A DNA stretch of 59,500 nucleotides, the filler included. It is 4 parts of 4 records of this genome, joined end to end, with 100 filler letters (N's around TTAATTAATTAA, not from the genome) between each part and the next. Parts side by side here need not be neighbours in the genome. Positions count along the whole stretch, not along the records: positions 1 to 15,382 come from SRR31156797_1111; 3 more parts are not named here. One strand, written 5' to 3'. Under the pieces are notes generated by a model. That model was not told where the DNA came from and ran no database searches. It saw only the letters and a program-made list of their open reading frames with translations. This document shows, piece after piece, positions 1 through 9,763 of this stretch. The stretch's first letter is position 1; the number at the start of each line of letters is the position of its first letter. The translations under genes and the position numbers were made by a program.

Positions 1-586
1 GAGTATAAAAATAGGAATAGCAGGACCAGTTGGAAGTGGTAAAACATCTATTATTGAAAAACTAACAAATATTTTAAAAGATGAATACTCTTTAGGTATT
101 GTTACAAACGATATCTATACTACAGAAGATGCAAACTACTTAAAAGAGAAACTTGATATCAATAGTGAGCAAATTATTGGTGTAGAAACTGGTGGTTGTC
201 CTCATACAGCAATAAGAGATGATATCTCTATGAATCAAAAAGCTATAGAAGAGCTTGAAGAAAAGTTCAACCCTGATATTATCTTTGTAGAAAGTGGTGG
301 AGATAATCTAAGTGCTACCTTTTCTTATGAACTAATTGATTATTATCTTTATGTTATTGATGTTGCTCAAGGAGCAGATATTCCTAGAAAAAAAGGTGCC
401 GGACTTCTTTTTTCAGACCTTTTAGTAGTAAATAAAACTGACCTTTGCCCTTTTGTAAATGTTGATATAGAAAGCTATGAAGAGGATGTAAAAAACAGTA
501 GAAAAAATAAACCAAGTATTTTTTTAACAAACAAAGATGATAATAGTTTTGATAAACTAAAAGAGTGGATTAAAGCTTTAATATAA
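1..586 (+). CDS. ureG: Urease accessory GTPase UreG (start codon cut by window edge)
   Basis: Frame from position 2 reads SIKIGIAGPVGSGKT (P-loop), ETGGCPH, ESGGDNL, NKTD; extends the track ORF 230..586. Confidence 0.95.
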   Translation, partial: SIKIGIAGPVGSGKTSIIEKLTNILKDEYSLGIVTNDIYTTEDANYLKEKLDINSEQIIGVETGGCPHTAIRDDISMNQKAIEELEEKFNPDIIFVESGGDNLSATFSYELIDYYLYVIDVAQGADIPRKKGAGLLFSDLLVVNKTDLCPFVNVDIESYEEDVKNSRKNKPSIFLTNKDDNSFDKLKEWIKALI

Positions 587-991
587 AGTAATTATTGCTA
601 AAAACAAGTATCTAGAAAACTTAGAAATAGCAACCAAAATCAAAAACTTTTTAAAGTCATATTTTAAAATCCCAGCAATAAAAGTAAGTGGGTCTCCAAT
701 AATTGGGGCCCAAGCCAAAAGAAGTGTAACTGCTCCATATTTTGAGAAAAACTTTATATATTTATCTATTTTTTCCCTTTTAAGTAAGTTTTTTCTTTCT
801 AAAAATTCTTCCCCCTTATATCCTAAAATATAGTTTACAACTGAACCTAAAGTATTTCCTAAAGTTGCGAAGAAAAGAAGATAATAGATATTGTAGCCTT
901 GTAAAATATCATAAATAAGCACTGCTTCACTTCCAAATGGAAAAAATGTAGCCGAGAGAAAAGCAGAAAAAAACAGAGTCAAATAGACCAT
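578..991 (-). CDS. YqaA/DedA (VTT) family membrane protein
   Basis: FLSAT..P.GSEA, GNTLGS and W.P.IGDPL motifs. Confidence 0.85.
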   Translation of the reverse strand: MVYLTLFFSAFLSATFFPFGSEAVLIYDILQGYNIYYLLFFATLGNTLGSVVNYILGYKGEEFLERKNLLKREKIDKYIKFFSKYGAVTLLLAWAPIIGDPLTFIAGILKYDFKKFLILVAISKFSRYLFLAIITLY

Positions 992-1100
992 ACAAAACCT
1001 TTTTTTAATTACCCATTCTATTTATAAAAACTTTAAGTTTCTTTAAGATACAATTACAACCTTTTAAAGAATAGCACAAAGAGTATTTAGGTACTTTTTA

Positions 1101-1206
1101 TGCTCTTCTTTAGCCCCTTACAATCATTTTTAGAGATAACGCCCCAGGATGGGAACATAGCAAGGCACCTCTATCTGTGGTGTGTTTGGGTACCTGGAGA
1201 AGAGTA
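1101..1206 (+). ncRNA. ffs: Signal recognition particle 4.5S RNA
   Basis: Long hairpin closed by GCTCTTCT/AGAAGAGT, with SRP domain IV signature GCC-CCAGG-ATG-GGAA-CAT-AGCA-AGGC at 1141-1166; ends approximate. Confidence 0.85.
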
Positions 1207-1224
1207 CTTTTTAAGTACCTCTTT

Positions 1225-1848
1225 TCAAATCAAATCTGAAAAATCACTTTTTAAAATCAATAGTTTTTTATCTTTTTTATTATAAATAAATCTAGAATCT
1301 CTAGTTTGTAATGCTTTTAATATTATAAGTTTTATATCTTTTTCACTTTTATTGTTTCTTTTTAAATATAAAGTAAAATCTTGTAGGGTGATAAACTCTG
1401 TTTTTGGTTTAACTGGTTCATCTATCATAGTCTCTTTTGTTGTTTCGTTTGAGATTTGTGGTTTATATATTGCTCTCATTTCATTGAAAGCACTTTGTAG
1501 AAGCTCTATTTCTCTGTTAAATACACCTATGATTCTTTTCTGATTTTTTTCTAATCTAGATATTTCTGAAGTGTATTGTTTTTTCATCCACTTTATAGAG
1601 CCTTTTAACAGGTCTATTTGCTCATCTTTTGATTTTATAATCTCTTTTACTACATCATAAGAGGGTTGCGTTTCTTTTAGCTCTACGGTAGGTTCAGATT
1701 GATTTTCAAAATTATCACTAACATAAACATATGTTTTGCCTGATTTTTTGATAGATTTTAGTTGGTTTTTTCTTATTCTGTAGTGTACTCCTTGAAGAGA
1801 GAGCCCAAGTATTTGAGCTGCTTGTGCAGTAGTTACTAATCTCTCCAA
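1225..1848 (-). CDS. N-terminal HTH DNA-binding protein with coiled coil
   Basis: TTAQAAQILGLSLQGVHYRIR excisionase/MerR-like HTH. Confidence 0.7.
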   Translation of the reverse strand: MERLVTTAQAAQILGLSLQGVHYRIRKNQLKSIKKSGKTYVYVSDNFENQSEPTVELKETQPSYDVVKEIIKSKDEQIDLLKGSIKWMKKQYTSEISRLEKNQKRIIGVFNREIELLQSAFNEMRAIYKPQISNETTKETMIDEPVKPKTEFITLQDFTLYLKRNNKSEKDIKLIILKALQTRDSRFIYNKKDKKLLILKSDFSDLI

Positions 1849-1857
1849 AGATTTGCC

Positions 1858-2235
1858 TTACATTTTGTCGCTGTCTATTTCGATAACAGTATGAACATTT
1901 CCTCTAGGTTTGAAGTCTGCGATAACTTTCATATATCTAGGTTTTAATTTTTCATATAAAGTATCGAAAATCTCGTTTGCACCATTTTCGTGTGAAACTT
2001 CTCTATACATAAAAGAGTTGATGTAAAGTTTTAATGCTTTAAGCTCAATTACTAGTTCATCTGGAACATACTCTAGTTTAATAGTTGCAAAATCTGGATA
2101 TCCACTTCTTGGACATTTTGCCATAAACTCTGGTAATTCGATATTTATAGTGTAATTTTTCTTATTTTTGTTTGGCCAAAAATTTTCTTCTTTGTTAATA
2201 TCAAAATCAACAATCTCTTTTTCACCATATTTCAT
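1858..2235 (-). CDS. queF: PreQ0 reductase QueF
   Basis: EF..KCPRSGYPDFA, ELKALKLY, SHE, PRG motifs. Confidence 0.95.
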   Translation of the reverse strand: MKYGEKEIVDFDINKEENFWPNKNKKNYTINIELPEFMAKCPRSGYPDFATIKLEYVPDELVIELKALKLYINSFMYREVSHENGANEIFDTLYEKLKPRYMKVIADFKPRGNVHTVIEIDSDKM

Positions 2236-2395
2236 TAGTGTAAACCTTTTCTATTATTTTTCATCAAAGTCCTAATTTTATCTAAAATTCACTTACATAA
2301 TAATCGAGCAAAAATATAAATAAAAACAAACTTTAAAATCAAAGACAACTTTAATAAGCAATACTATAATATTTTTAAAACAAGATTGGTTTGTT

Positions 2396-3253
2396 ATGAT
2401 AGAAAATATAAAACTTTTTTTTCTTATTACTATCACACTTTTTTTCTTTGCCACAAGTTCATTATTAGCTAGAGCAGCACTTGTAGAAGAGCATATCGAT
2501 GCTTTTAGTTTTACTTTTTTTAGACTATTTTTTGGAACCCTTACACTACTTATTGTAGTTTACTTTAGAAATAAAAAATTTGATTTTTCCATAAATAAAA
2601 ACTGGACAAGTTCGCTCTTTCTATTTTTATACGCTATTTGTTTTTCATATGCATATATCAAACTTGATGCAGGAGTTGGAGCCTTAATTTTATTTGCAAT
2701 TATTCAAGTGGTAATAATTCTTGCAGCAATAATAAAAAAACACAAGCTTTCAAAACTAAAACTACTTGGAATAGTTATGGCTTTTGTAGGACTTATTTAT
2801 CTTTTATTACCAGATGAAAAGTTGGAACTTCCAATTTTTTATGTTTTTCTGATGACACTTTCAGGAATAGCTTGGGGGTTTTATACAATTATTGGAAAGA
2901 GTTCAAAAAACCCTTTAGTAGATACAGCAGATAATTTTTTAAAATCTTTGGTTTTTGCATTTTTGTTTTATTTGATTTTTGTACAAAATCTAAATATTAG
3001 TAGTTATGGTTTATTTTTGGCTTTCTTATCTGGTGGAATCACTTCTTCAATAGGTTATTTTATGTGGTACCAAATATTGCCAAAAATTGAGATTATCACT
3101 TCTGGGATAATTCAACTGATTGTTCCTATTTTTGCAATTATTTTAGGAATAATCTTATTAGATGAAATATTTACAATAAAACTATTTATAGCAACTTCGA
3201 TTATACTTTCTGGTATATTTATTGCTATTTTAAGTTCAAAATTAAAAGTCTGA
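2396..3253 (+). CDS. DMT/EamA family transporter
   Basis: About 10 TM helices in two EamA-like repeats. Confidence 0.85.
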   Translation: MIENIKLFFLITITLFFFATSSLLARAALVEEHIDAFSFTFFRLFFGTLTLLIVVYFRNKKFDFSINKNWTSSLFLFLYAICFSYAYIKLDAGVGALILFAIIQVVIILAAIIKKHKLSKLKLLGIVMAFVGLIYLLLPDEKLELPIFYVFLMTLSGIAWGFYTIIGKSSKNPLVDTADNFLKSLVFAFLFYLIFVQNLNISSYGLFLAFLSGGITSSIGYFMWYQILPKIEIITSGIIQLIVPIFAIILGIILLDEIFTIKLFIATSIILSGIFIAILSSKLKV

Positions 3254-3583
3254 ACTTTTTTTATTTTTACAGGTTGTACACTCCAATTCTCTTTCATCTT
3301 TTTTACATTTAACGCAAGATGTAATATTTTTTTCATCAAAATGTCTTTGAATTGTACATTTTGGGTTTAAACTAGCTATATAACTTACATTTAAAACTGG
3401 GTCACTTGCTAAGGCGTCTGCAATATATGAATCTATATAATTATTTTTTGCCACTGCTCTTCTAACATTCATATAAGGAGATCTATATAAAACTTTTAAC
3501 TCATTTAAATCTGTTGATTCAATAGCTTGTGTTAATTGTATCTCTCTTGATTTTCTAATTATCGTCATAATTTCCCCCACCAC
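3242..3583 (-). CDS. Small LRV/HEAT-like protein with C-terminal CxxC-x8-CxxC; start may be ATG at 3568
   Basis: MNVRRAVAKN and DPVLNVSY motifs; paralog at 7322-7645. Confidence 0.6.
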   Translation of the reverse strand: MVGEIMTIIRKSREIQLTQAIESTDLNELKVLYRSPYMNVRRAVAKNNYIDSYIADALASDPVLNVSYIASLNPKCTIQRHFDEKNITSCVKCKKDERELECTTCKNKKSSDF

Positions 3584-3870
3584 AATATATACAAAATTTT
3601 AATAAAAGTGAACTTTTATTCACTTAAATATTGAGACAGAAATGAGACATTTTATAAAATTTTCTTAAATTTAGAGTTTAATATAAATTTATAAAATAAA
3701 AATAACAAATAATTGTAATTAATAATTTATTTAATAATAAGAAATCTTATTTTAGTTAAGAAAGGTAACTTTTTTAAAAATAATTAAAAATTTTATCATT
3801 TTATATAAAATTAAATTATTCTTTAATAATTTATTTAATATTATTAAAAAACTTTTGTTAAAGGAAGATA

Positions 3871-5238
3871 ATGAAAAATCCACATAATATTGAGTTATTT
3901 GATCGTTTTAACATACAAATAGAAAAGTTTAAACAAAATCCACAAGCTCATAAAGAAACTATCAAAAATCGATTTTTGAAAAAAATCTACAATACAAAAG
4001 AAACCTTTGTAGTATGGTTATTGATATCTTTATCTATAAATCTAATATTTATCTATTTTTTTAACAACTCCTCAAATAAAGCAGATACTGCTTCTTTATT
4101 TGCTTTGATATCGTTGCTAATAACCGTTTTAGCTAGAAATCATACAGTAAATTCAATATTATATGACAAAATTGGAAGTTTAGGAAAATACTATTTCTTT
4201 CATCAAATGGCAAACACAATAGGTTTTTTGCATAGACTAATGGCAATATCTACTTTGCTATGGTTTAGTATCCATATTAAATATATGTTAAACACTCTAT
4301 CTGCTGATTATTTATATTTAGCTTTTAACCTTATAATTTTACTTTTAGTGATAATGACAACAGCATTGGCTTTTTTTCGAAGAAAAAACCATAATACATT
4401 TGAAAATATTCATAGATATTTTGGATATACAGCTATATTTTTGATTACAATTTATTATTTACAAATAAACTTTGCATTTGGACATAATCTTTTTCAAACT
4501 ATGACAAAACCCCACTTTTTACTAATTTGCTTGGTGATACTTCTTTTGATAACTCCATGGATAGGAACAAAAAGTGTTTATCCAAAAATAGTACATAAAG
4601 GTCCTCATGTTATTGGTATAAAAATAAATGGACAGCCAAGTTATGGAACATATTCAAAAATCACTTTAGCAAATGGATATTATCATCCTTTTGGGGATTC
4701 TATGATTAATTTTTCTGATTTAGAAAATAGAACGCTTTATATCACACCTTCAGGAGATAGAACCAAAAAGATTGTAAATGATGCAAACAAAGGGGAAAAC
4801 TTATTAGAAAAATGCACTATTAAAAAACAAAGAAACAAAGGTTTTATGTTTAATCATAGTGTTTATGACCATGTACTAATAGTAGTCACAGGGGGAGGAA
4901 TTGCTCCAATAATTCCTTGCTTAGTATTAAACAAAAAAACAAAAATTGATGTTTTGTGGATTGGTAGAAAACAAGATAAAGAGTTTACAAAAGAGCTTTT
5001 AGTTGATTTAACAAATAAAATCAAAGACCAAGAGATTGGACTTCATATTTTAGATACAACAACAAAAGAACTAAAAGGTTTAAAAACTGATTACTATATA
5101 TACCTAACTCTTAAAGCATATAGACACTACAAACCTGAAGCAGTTTTTGTGATGTCCAATCAAAACTTTACAGTAGATATGGTTTATGCTCTAAAAAAAC
5201 AAAATATTAAAGCTTATGGAGCAAACTTTGACTCCTAA
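3871..5238 (+). CDS. Ferric-reductase-like membrane protein with C-terminal FNR/NAD-binding domain
   Basis: TM region with His residues (FLHR, FENIHRYFG), HPF motif, VTGGGIAP NAD-binding motif. Confidence 0.6.
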   Translation: MKNPHNIELFDRFNIQIEKFKQNPQAHKETIKNRFLKKIYNTKETFVVWLLISLSINLIFIYFFNNSSNKADTASLFALISLLITVLARNHTVNSILYDKIGSLGKYYFFHQMANTIGFLHRLMAISTLLWFSIHIKYMLNTLSADYLYLAFNLIILLLVIMTTALAFFRRKNHNTFENIHRYFGYTAIFLITIYYLQINFAFGHNLFQTMTKPHFLLICLVILLLITPWIGTKSVYPKIVHKGPHVIGIKINGQPSYGTYSKITLANGYYHPFGDSMINFSDLENRTLYITPSGDRTKKIVNDANKGENLLEKCTIKKQRNKGFMFNHSVYDHVLIVVTGGGIAPIIPCLVLNKKTKIDVLWIGRKQDKEFTKELLVDLTNKIKDQEIGLHILDTTTKELKGLKTDYYIYLTLKAYRHYKPEAVFVMSNQNFTVDMVYALKKQNIKAYGANFDS

Positions 5239-5244
5239 GCTTTA

Positions 5245-5682
5245 TTATCTCCGTTCCCCTTTGTACTCCATAATTGGAACTGTTAATCCACAATTTGATT
5301 CTATATTTTCAATTTTAAACTCAAAAATATCTCTTACTAGTTTCTTTTTCAAAGTAAATAATTTTAGATACTCTTGAAACTTCTCACTTGTTTTATCAAT
5401 AACATTTGCTTTGCAAAAAATTCTTAAAAGATATGGTTCTCCTTCAAAAGCATTAAATAAAAGTGTAATTTTCCCATCATTTAAAACATCTTTTTGAGTT
5501 CTATTTGTACTTCCTGGATAACTTAAAAAGAGTATAGTATCTTCACTTGCAATAGCAATACTATCATAAGCTTTAGGAGAAAGATTCACCTCTGCATCAC
5601 TACAAGAAGCAATATAAAATAGCTTTTGTTTTTTTATAAACTCAATATCTTCTTGTGTTAAATTTTTATATTGTTTTCCCAT
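5245..5682 (-). CDS. Pyridoxamine 5'-phosphate oxidase family (FMN-binding) protein
   Basis: FIKKQKLFYIAS, NLSPK, AFEG.P..LR, SNCG..VP motifs. Confidence 0.8.
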   Translation of the reverse strand: MGKQYKNLTQEDIEFIKKQKLFYIASCSDAEVNLSPKAYDSIAIASEDTILFLSYPGSTNRTQKDVLNDGKITLLFNAFEGEPYLLRIFCKANVIDKTSEKFQEYLKLFTLKKKLVRDIFEFKIENIESNCGLTVPIMEYKGERR

Positions 5683-5713
5683 TTTTCCTCTTTAATTTAA
5701 TATATGTAAAAAA

Positions 5714-5729
5714 TGCATATTTAATTCCA
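5714..5729 (-). promoter_or_regulatory. Putative sigma54 (-24/-12) promoter
   Basis: Minus strand TGGAATTAAATATGCA = GG-N10-GC; near-copy at 7682-7697. Confidence 0.5.
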
Positions 5730-5837
5730 TTAAGATAAAAAGAGTAAATAAATTTTTACTTTTTTATATATTAACATATAATCCACTTTACAATCTTTTA
5801 AAAGATATATAAATATTAATCACATTATAATTTCAAT

Positions 5838-6662
5838 ATGAAAGAAAAAATATTTACTCAGATCTTTACACATGAAAAACTACCTTTTTTGGAATTAAGA
5901 TATTCAAACAATACAAAACACTACAAAAACCATCTACACGATACACTTTCTGTTGGGATGAACCTAAAAGGTAAAACTATCTACACAAATAAAGACAAGA
6001 TATACAATTTTGATATAGGTATGCTAGCTTTAGTAAACCCAAATGAAATTCACTCTTGTAATCCTATTGATAAAACTCCAAATCTTTACTATATGCTTTA
6101 TTTAGATGAAAACTGGTGTTATGGTATTCAAAAAACAATTTGTGAAGATATAGAGGCTTTTATACCCTTTCAGGAAGACCTTTTAAATGATAAAAACAAA
6201 TATGAAGAGTTTAAAAATCTTTGTGAAACAATTTTTAGTGAGATTACATATCAAGAAAAAGAAGAAGAGTTAATTATATTTTTTACAAATCTATTCAAAA
6301 CTTATTTGAAAGATTTTCATATAAAAGCAACAAACGAAGATGATTTGAAGTTCAAAGAGATTCAAAAATATATCGAAAACAACTACAAAGAAAACATCTC
6401 TTTAGATGAGTTATCAAATTACTTTGGTCTAAATACTTTTTATATTATAAGGCTATTTAAAAATAAACTAAATATGACACCTCACGCATACTTGATAAAC
6501 CTAAAAATCAACAAAGCAAAAGAGTACCTAAAAAGGGGCTATTCTTTAGTTGAAACAGCTTTAGAGTGTGGGTTTAGTGACCAAAGCCATTTTCATAGAA
6601 ACTTCTTAAAAATAGTAGCAACAACTCCAAAACAATACAAACTCAATTTTGTACAAGATTAA
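5838..6662 (+). CDS. AraC family transcriptional regulator
   Basis: Cupin H.H motif, NP.E.HSC, C-terminal GFSDQSHFHR.F HTH. Confidence 0.93.
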   Translation: MKEKIFTQIFTHEKLPFLELRYSNNTKHYKNHLHDTLSVGMNLKGKTIYTNKDKIYNFDIGMLALVNPNEIHSCNPIDKTPNLYYMLYLDENWCYGIQKTICEDIEAFIPFQEDLLNDKNKYEEFKNLCETIFSEITYQEKEEELIIFFTNLFKTYLKDFHIKATNEDDLKFKEIQKYIENNYKENISLDELSNYFGLNTFYIIRLFKNKLNMTPHAYLINLKINKAKEYLKRGYSLVETALECGFSDQSHFHRNFLKIVATTPKQYKLNFVQD

Positions 6663-6702
6663 ATAGAAAACAAAAACTATAATTCTCTTTCAAAGGGGAT
6701 TT

Positions 6703-7338
6703 ATGGATATTTATTTAATGGGCTTTTTAGCCCTTGCTTTAGCTCACTTTATGGCACTACTAAGTCCAGGAGTAGATTTTTTTATTATACTTTCAAACTC
6801 ATCTAAATATGGAAGAGTAAGTGGAGTCATAACCTCTGTAGGTATTGCAGTTGCAAACTTAGTTTATATTTTATTAGCCTTGTTTGGAATCACACTTATA
6901 AAAAACAATGAATTCATTTTTACAATAATCAAAATTCTTGGCTCTTTATATCTTTTGTATATCGGTTTTTTATTACTTAAATCTAAAAAAAGAGAGCTTT
7001 TTGAAAAAAGTATAGAAAAGAAAAAAAATAAAAAAGATTTAATAAAATATTTTACAATGGGATTTTTTTCTGCTATTTTAAATCCTAAAAACTCAATATT
7101 TTACTTTACTATGTTCTCAATATCTATTCAAAATAGTACACCTTTTTTTGTCCAGTCTTTTTATGCCATATGGATGTTTTTAGCAGTACTTTTCTGGGAT
7201 GTTTTTATTGTTTATTTGGTTACAAATATAAAAAGCAAAATTTTTTTAGAAAAATACTCAAATCATATAGAAAAAATCTCAGGTCTTATACTTTTTTGTA
7301 TAGGAGTTTCTATTATATTTACTACAATAAACTTTTAA
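6703..7338 (+). CDS. LysE/RhtB family exporter
   Basis: SPGVDF, G.LYLLYIG, LNPK motifs. Confidence 0.9.
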   Translation: MDIYLMGFLALALAHFMALLSPGVDFFIILSNSSKYGRVSGVITSVGIAVANLVYILLALFGITLIKNNEFIFTIIKILGSLYLLYIGFLLLKSKKRELFEKSIEKKKNKKDLIKYFTMGFFSAILNPKNSIFYFTMFSISIQNSTPFFVQSFYAIWMFLAVLFWDVFIVYLVTNIKSKIFLEKYSNHIEKISGLILFCIGVSIIFTTINF

Positions 7339-7645
7339 GATGGGGACAATTAATACAATCCAATTTTCGTTCATCTATCTCACACTTTACACATGCTGTT
7401 ATGATAGTTGAAGAAAAGTCCCTTTTTTGTGTTGTATTTGGATTTAATGATGCCATATATGAAACATTTAACACTGGATCAAAAAGTAACTTATTAGCTA
7501 CAAATGAATCGATATTTTTATTCCTAGTTAAAGCCCTTCTAACATTCATATTTTGCGAGTTTACTAATAAGCTTAAAACTTTTTTTTCACTACTTGTTAC
7601 AGCCAAATCTATAAGTTCTTTATCAGATTTTTCTAAAAAACTCAT
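7322..7645 (-). CDS. Small LRV/HEAT-like protein with C-terminal CxxC-x8-CxxC
   Basis: Paralog of 3242-3583 (MNVRRAL, DPVLNVSY, CVKC..DER.L.C..C). Confidence 0.6.
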   Translation of the reverse strand: MSFLEKSDKELIDLAVTSSEKKVLSLLVNSQNMNVRRALTRNKNIDSFVANKLLFDPVLNVSYMASLNPNTTQKRDFSSTIITACVKCEIDERKLDCINCPHLKSLL

Positions 7646-7681
7646 TTTTTAAGTCCTTAAAATTATTTTTTATATAGAATA

Positions 7682-7697
7682 TGCATATATTATTCCT
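7682..7697 (-). promoter_or_regulatory. Putative sigma54 (-24/-12) promoter
   Basis: Minus strand AGGAATAATATATGCA = GG-N10-GC, 36 nt upstream of the ATG. Confidence 0.45.
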
Positions 7698-7792
7698 TTA
7701 TTCAATTATTTAAAAAAGCTAAAATTATTGTTCAATTAAAAAATAGTTGTATAACAAAGGATTGATTATTTTTTTCAACTAATTTAACTATA

Positions 7793-8665
7793 ATGTCAAA
7801 AAAGGGGATGATTATGGCTATAGGATTTATAGGATTAGGTAATTTAGGTACTGCAATTGCAAAAAGATTATCTGATATGGGTGAAGAGCTTACTGTATAT
7901 AATAGAACTAAATCTAAAGTAGAACATTTAGGATATCCAATTGTTGACTCACCTAAACAACTTGTTGAAAAGTGTGATATCATTTTTATGTGTTTATTTG
8001 AATCAAGTGCTGTTGAAAACATTCTAGAGATGGAAAATGGGATTTTAAGTGCTGATTTAACAGGAAAAACAATAATAGATTTAACTACAAATCATTATGA
8101 AAAAGTATTAGGTTTTCATAAAAAGATAGATGAAAAAGAAGGGGAATATCTTGAAGCACCAGTATTTGGAAGTGTAGCTCCTGCTTTACAAGGTTTAGTT
8201 ACAATAGTAACTTCTGGTAAAAAAGAAACATATGATTTTTGTAAACCTTTACTAGAAAAAATTGGAAAAGAGATTTTTTACTTAAAAGATGAAGGTAAAG
8301 CATCAAAAATGAAATTAATCAATAATTTATGTTTAGGTTCATTTATGGCAACAATTGCTGAATGTACTGCTTTAGGAGAGGCTTGCGATATAGAAAAAAG
8401 TTCTTTATTAGAAATACTTGGAGTTGGTGGAGGTCAATCACTTGTATTAAAAGCTAAAACGCAAAAACTATTAGAAGAAGACTTCTCAGCACACTTTTCA
8501 AACAATGCAATTTATAAAGATTTACATACATTACAAGATTTGGCATATAGTTTAAATCAACCATTATTTACAGCATCTGTTCCAAAAGAACTATTTGCAA
8601 AAATGAAAAAAGATGGTAAAGGTGAAGAAGATTTTTGCTCTATTTACCAATTGTTTAAAGATTAA
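7793..8665 (+). CDS. 3-hydroxyisobutyrate dehydrogenase family NAD(P)-dependent oxidoreductase
   Basis: IGFIGLGNLG, APVFGS, KLINN motifs. Confidence 0.9.
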   Translation: MSKKGMIMAIGFIGLGNLGTAIAKRLSDMGEELTVYNRTKSKVEHLGYPIVDSPKQLVEKCDIIFMCLFESSAVENILEMENGILSADLTGKTIIDLTTNHYEKVLGFHKKIDEKEGEYLEAPVFGSVAPALQGLVTIVTSGKKETYDFCKPLLEKIGKEIFYLKDEGKASKMKLINNLCLGSFMATIAECTALGEACDIEKSSLLEILGVGGGQSLVLKAKTQKLLEEDFSAHFSNNAIYKDLHTLQDLAYSLNQPLFTASVPKELFAKMKKDGKGEEDFCSIYQLFKD

Positions 8666-8670
8666 AACTT

Positions 8671-9027
8671 ATGTTAAAAGGTTTAATAACATTGCTAATT
8701 TTCCAATTTCTTGGAGGATGTGTAGTTAAGTTTTTTGATTTAATAGTCCCAGGACCAGTTATTGGAATGGTATTACTGTTGTTTTTTCTTATTCTTAGAA
8801 AAGGTAGTTTTCATTCGCTTGATAATGCGGCATTCTTACATTTAAGATATTTGCCACTTTTATTTATACCTGCTGCAATGGGTATTATTACACAAGTTGA
8901 TACTATTTCTAAAGAGTTTTGGGCAATTGTAATCTCACTATTTTTTGGAACTATAATAGCTTTGGCCTTTAGTGCTAAACTAATTGATATATTAACCATA
9001 AGAAAGGAGAAAAAAAATGAACTTTGA
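8671..9027 (+). CDS. CidA/LrgA family membrane protein
   Basis: PGPVIGM, LLFIPA.MG; overlaps lrgB-like gene. Confidence 0.9.
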   Translation: MLKGLITLLIFQFLGGCVVKFFDLIVPGPVIGMVLLLFFLILRKGSFHSLDNAAFLHLRYLPLLFIPAAMGIITQVDTISKEFWAIVISLFFGTIIALAFSAKLIDILTIRKEKKNEL

Positions 9028-9730
9028 TGCTTTAATAGAGTATATAACCTCTACTCCTTTGACTTGGCTCATATTTACCTTAGGGTCATATAAACTAGGT
9101 ATTATTATTTATGAAAAAACAAATAAACATACACTTTTACAACCAATAGTTATCGCATATATACTAATTATGGGTGCAATTTTTATAACAAATACCTCAT
9201 ATAAAGAGTATTTTAAATCTGTTGAGATAATCCACTTTTTTTTAGGACCTGCAACTGTTGCTTTAGCATTACCTTTATATAAAAACTTACAATATATAAA
9301 ATCATTGTTTGTTCCAATAATATTAACCTTATTTATTGCAGGAACATTTTCTGTATTTATAGCTCTAATTTTACTTTGGTCTTTAGATGCAAGTATTAGT
9401 ACAATGTTATCAATGACAACAAAATCTATAACAGCACCAATAGCTATTATCACTTCACAACAAATTGGAGCTATTCCTTCACTTGCTGTTGGTTTTGTAA
9501 TTATAACTGGTATTATAGGTGCTCTTTTTGGAAGTTTTGTATTTAAAGTTATGAAAATAAAACATGAAACTTCAAAAGGCTTTGCTTTGGGTTTAATCTC
9601 TCACGGTATAGGAACTGCAAGAGCTGTAGAGATGGGAGAAAAAGCTGCTGCCTTTTCTGCCCTTGCAATGGGACTTTGTGGTATATTTACCGCTATTTTA
9701 CTTCCTATTGTAATACAATTTATCAAATAA
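9017..9730 (+). CDS. LrgB/CidB family membrane protein
   Basis: LGPATVALA.PLY, KSITAPIA, HGIGTARA. Confidence 0.93.
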   Translation: MNFDALIEYITSTPLTWLIFTLGSYKLGIIIYEKTNKHTLLQPIVIAYILIMGAIFITNTSYKEYFKSVEIIHFFLGPATVALALPLYKNLQYIKSLFVPIILTLFIAGTFSVFIALILLWSLDASISTMLSMTTKSITAPIAIITSQQIGAIPSLAVGFVIITGIIGALFGSFVFKVMKIKHETSKGFALGLISHGIGTARAVEMGEKAAAFSALAMGLCGIFTAILLPIVIQFIK

Positions 9731-9734
9731 TTTA

Positions 9735-9760
9735 TATCAAGAGTAGAATCTACTCTTGAT
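9735..9760. terminator. Bidirectional terminator-like hairpin
   Basis: ATCAAGAGTAG-AAT-CTACTCTTGAT between convergent genes. Confidence 0.6.
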
Positions 9761-9763
9761 AAT

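Noticed and set aside
1100-1285. 61-aa ORF
   Set aside because: Overlaps the SRP RNA and the end of the opposite-strand gene.
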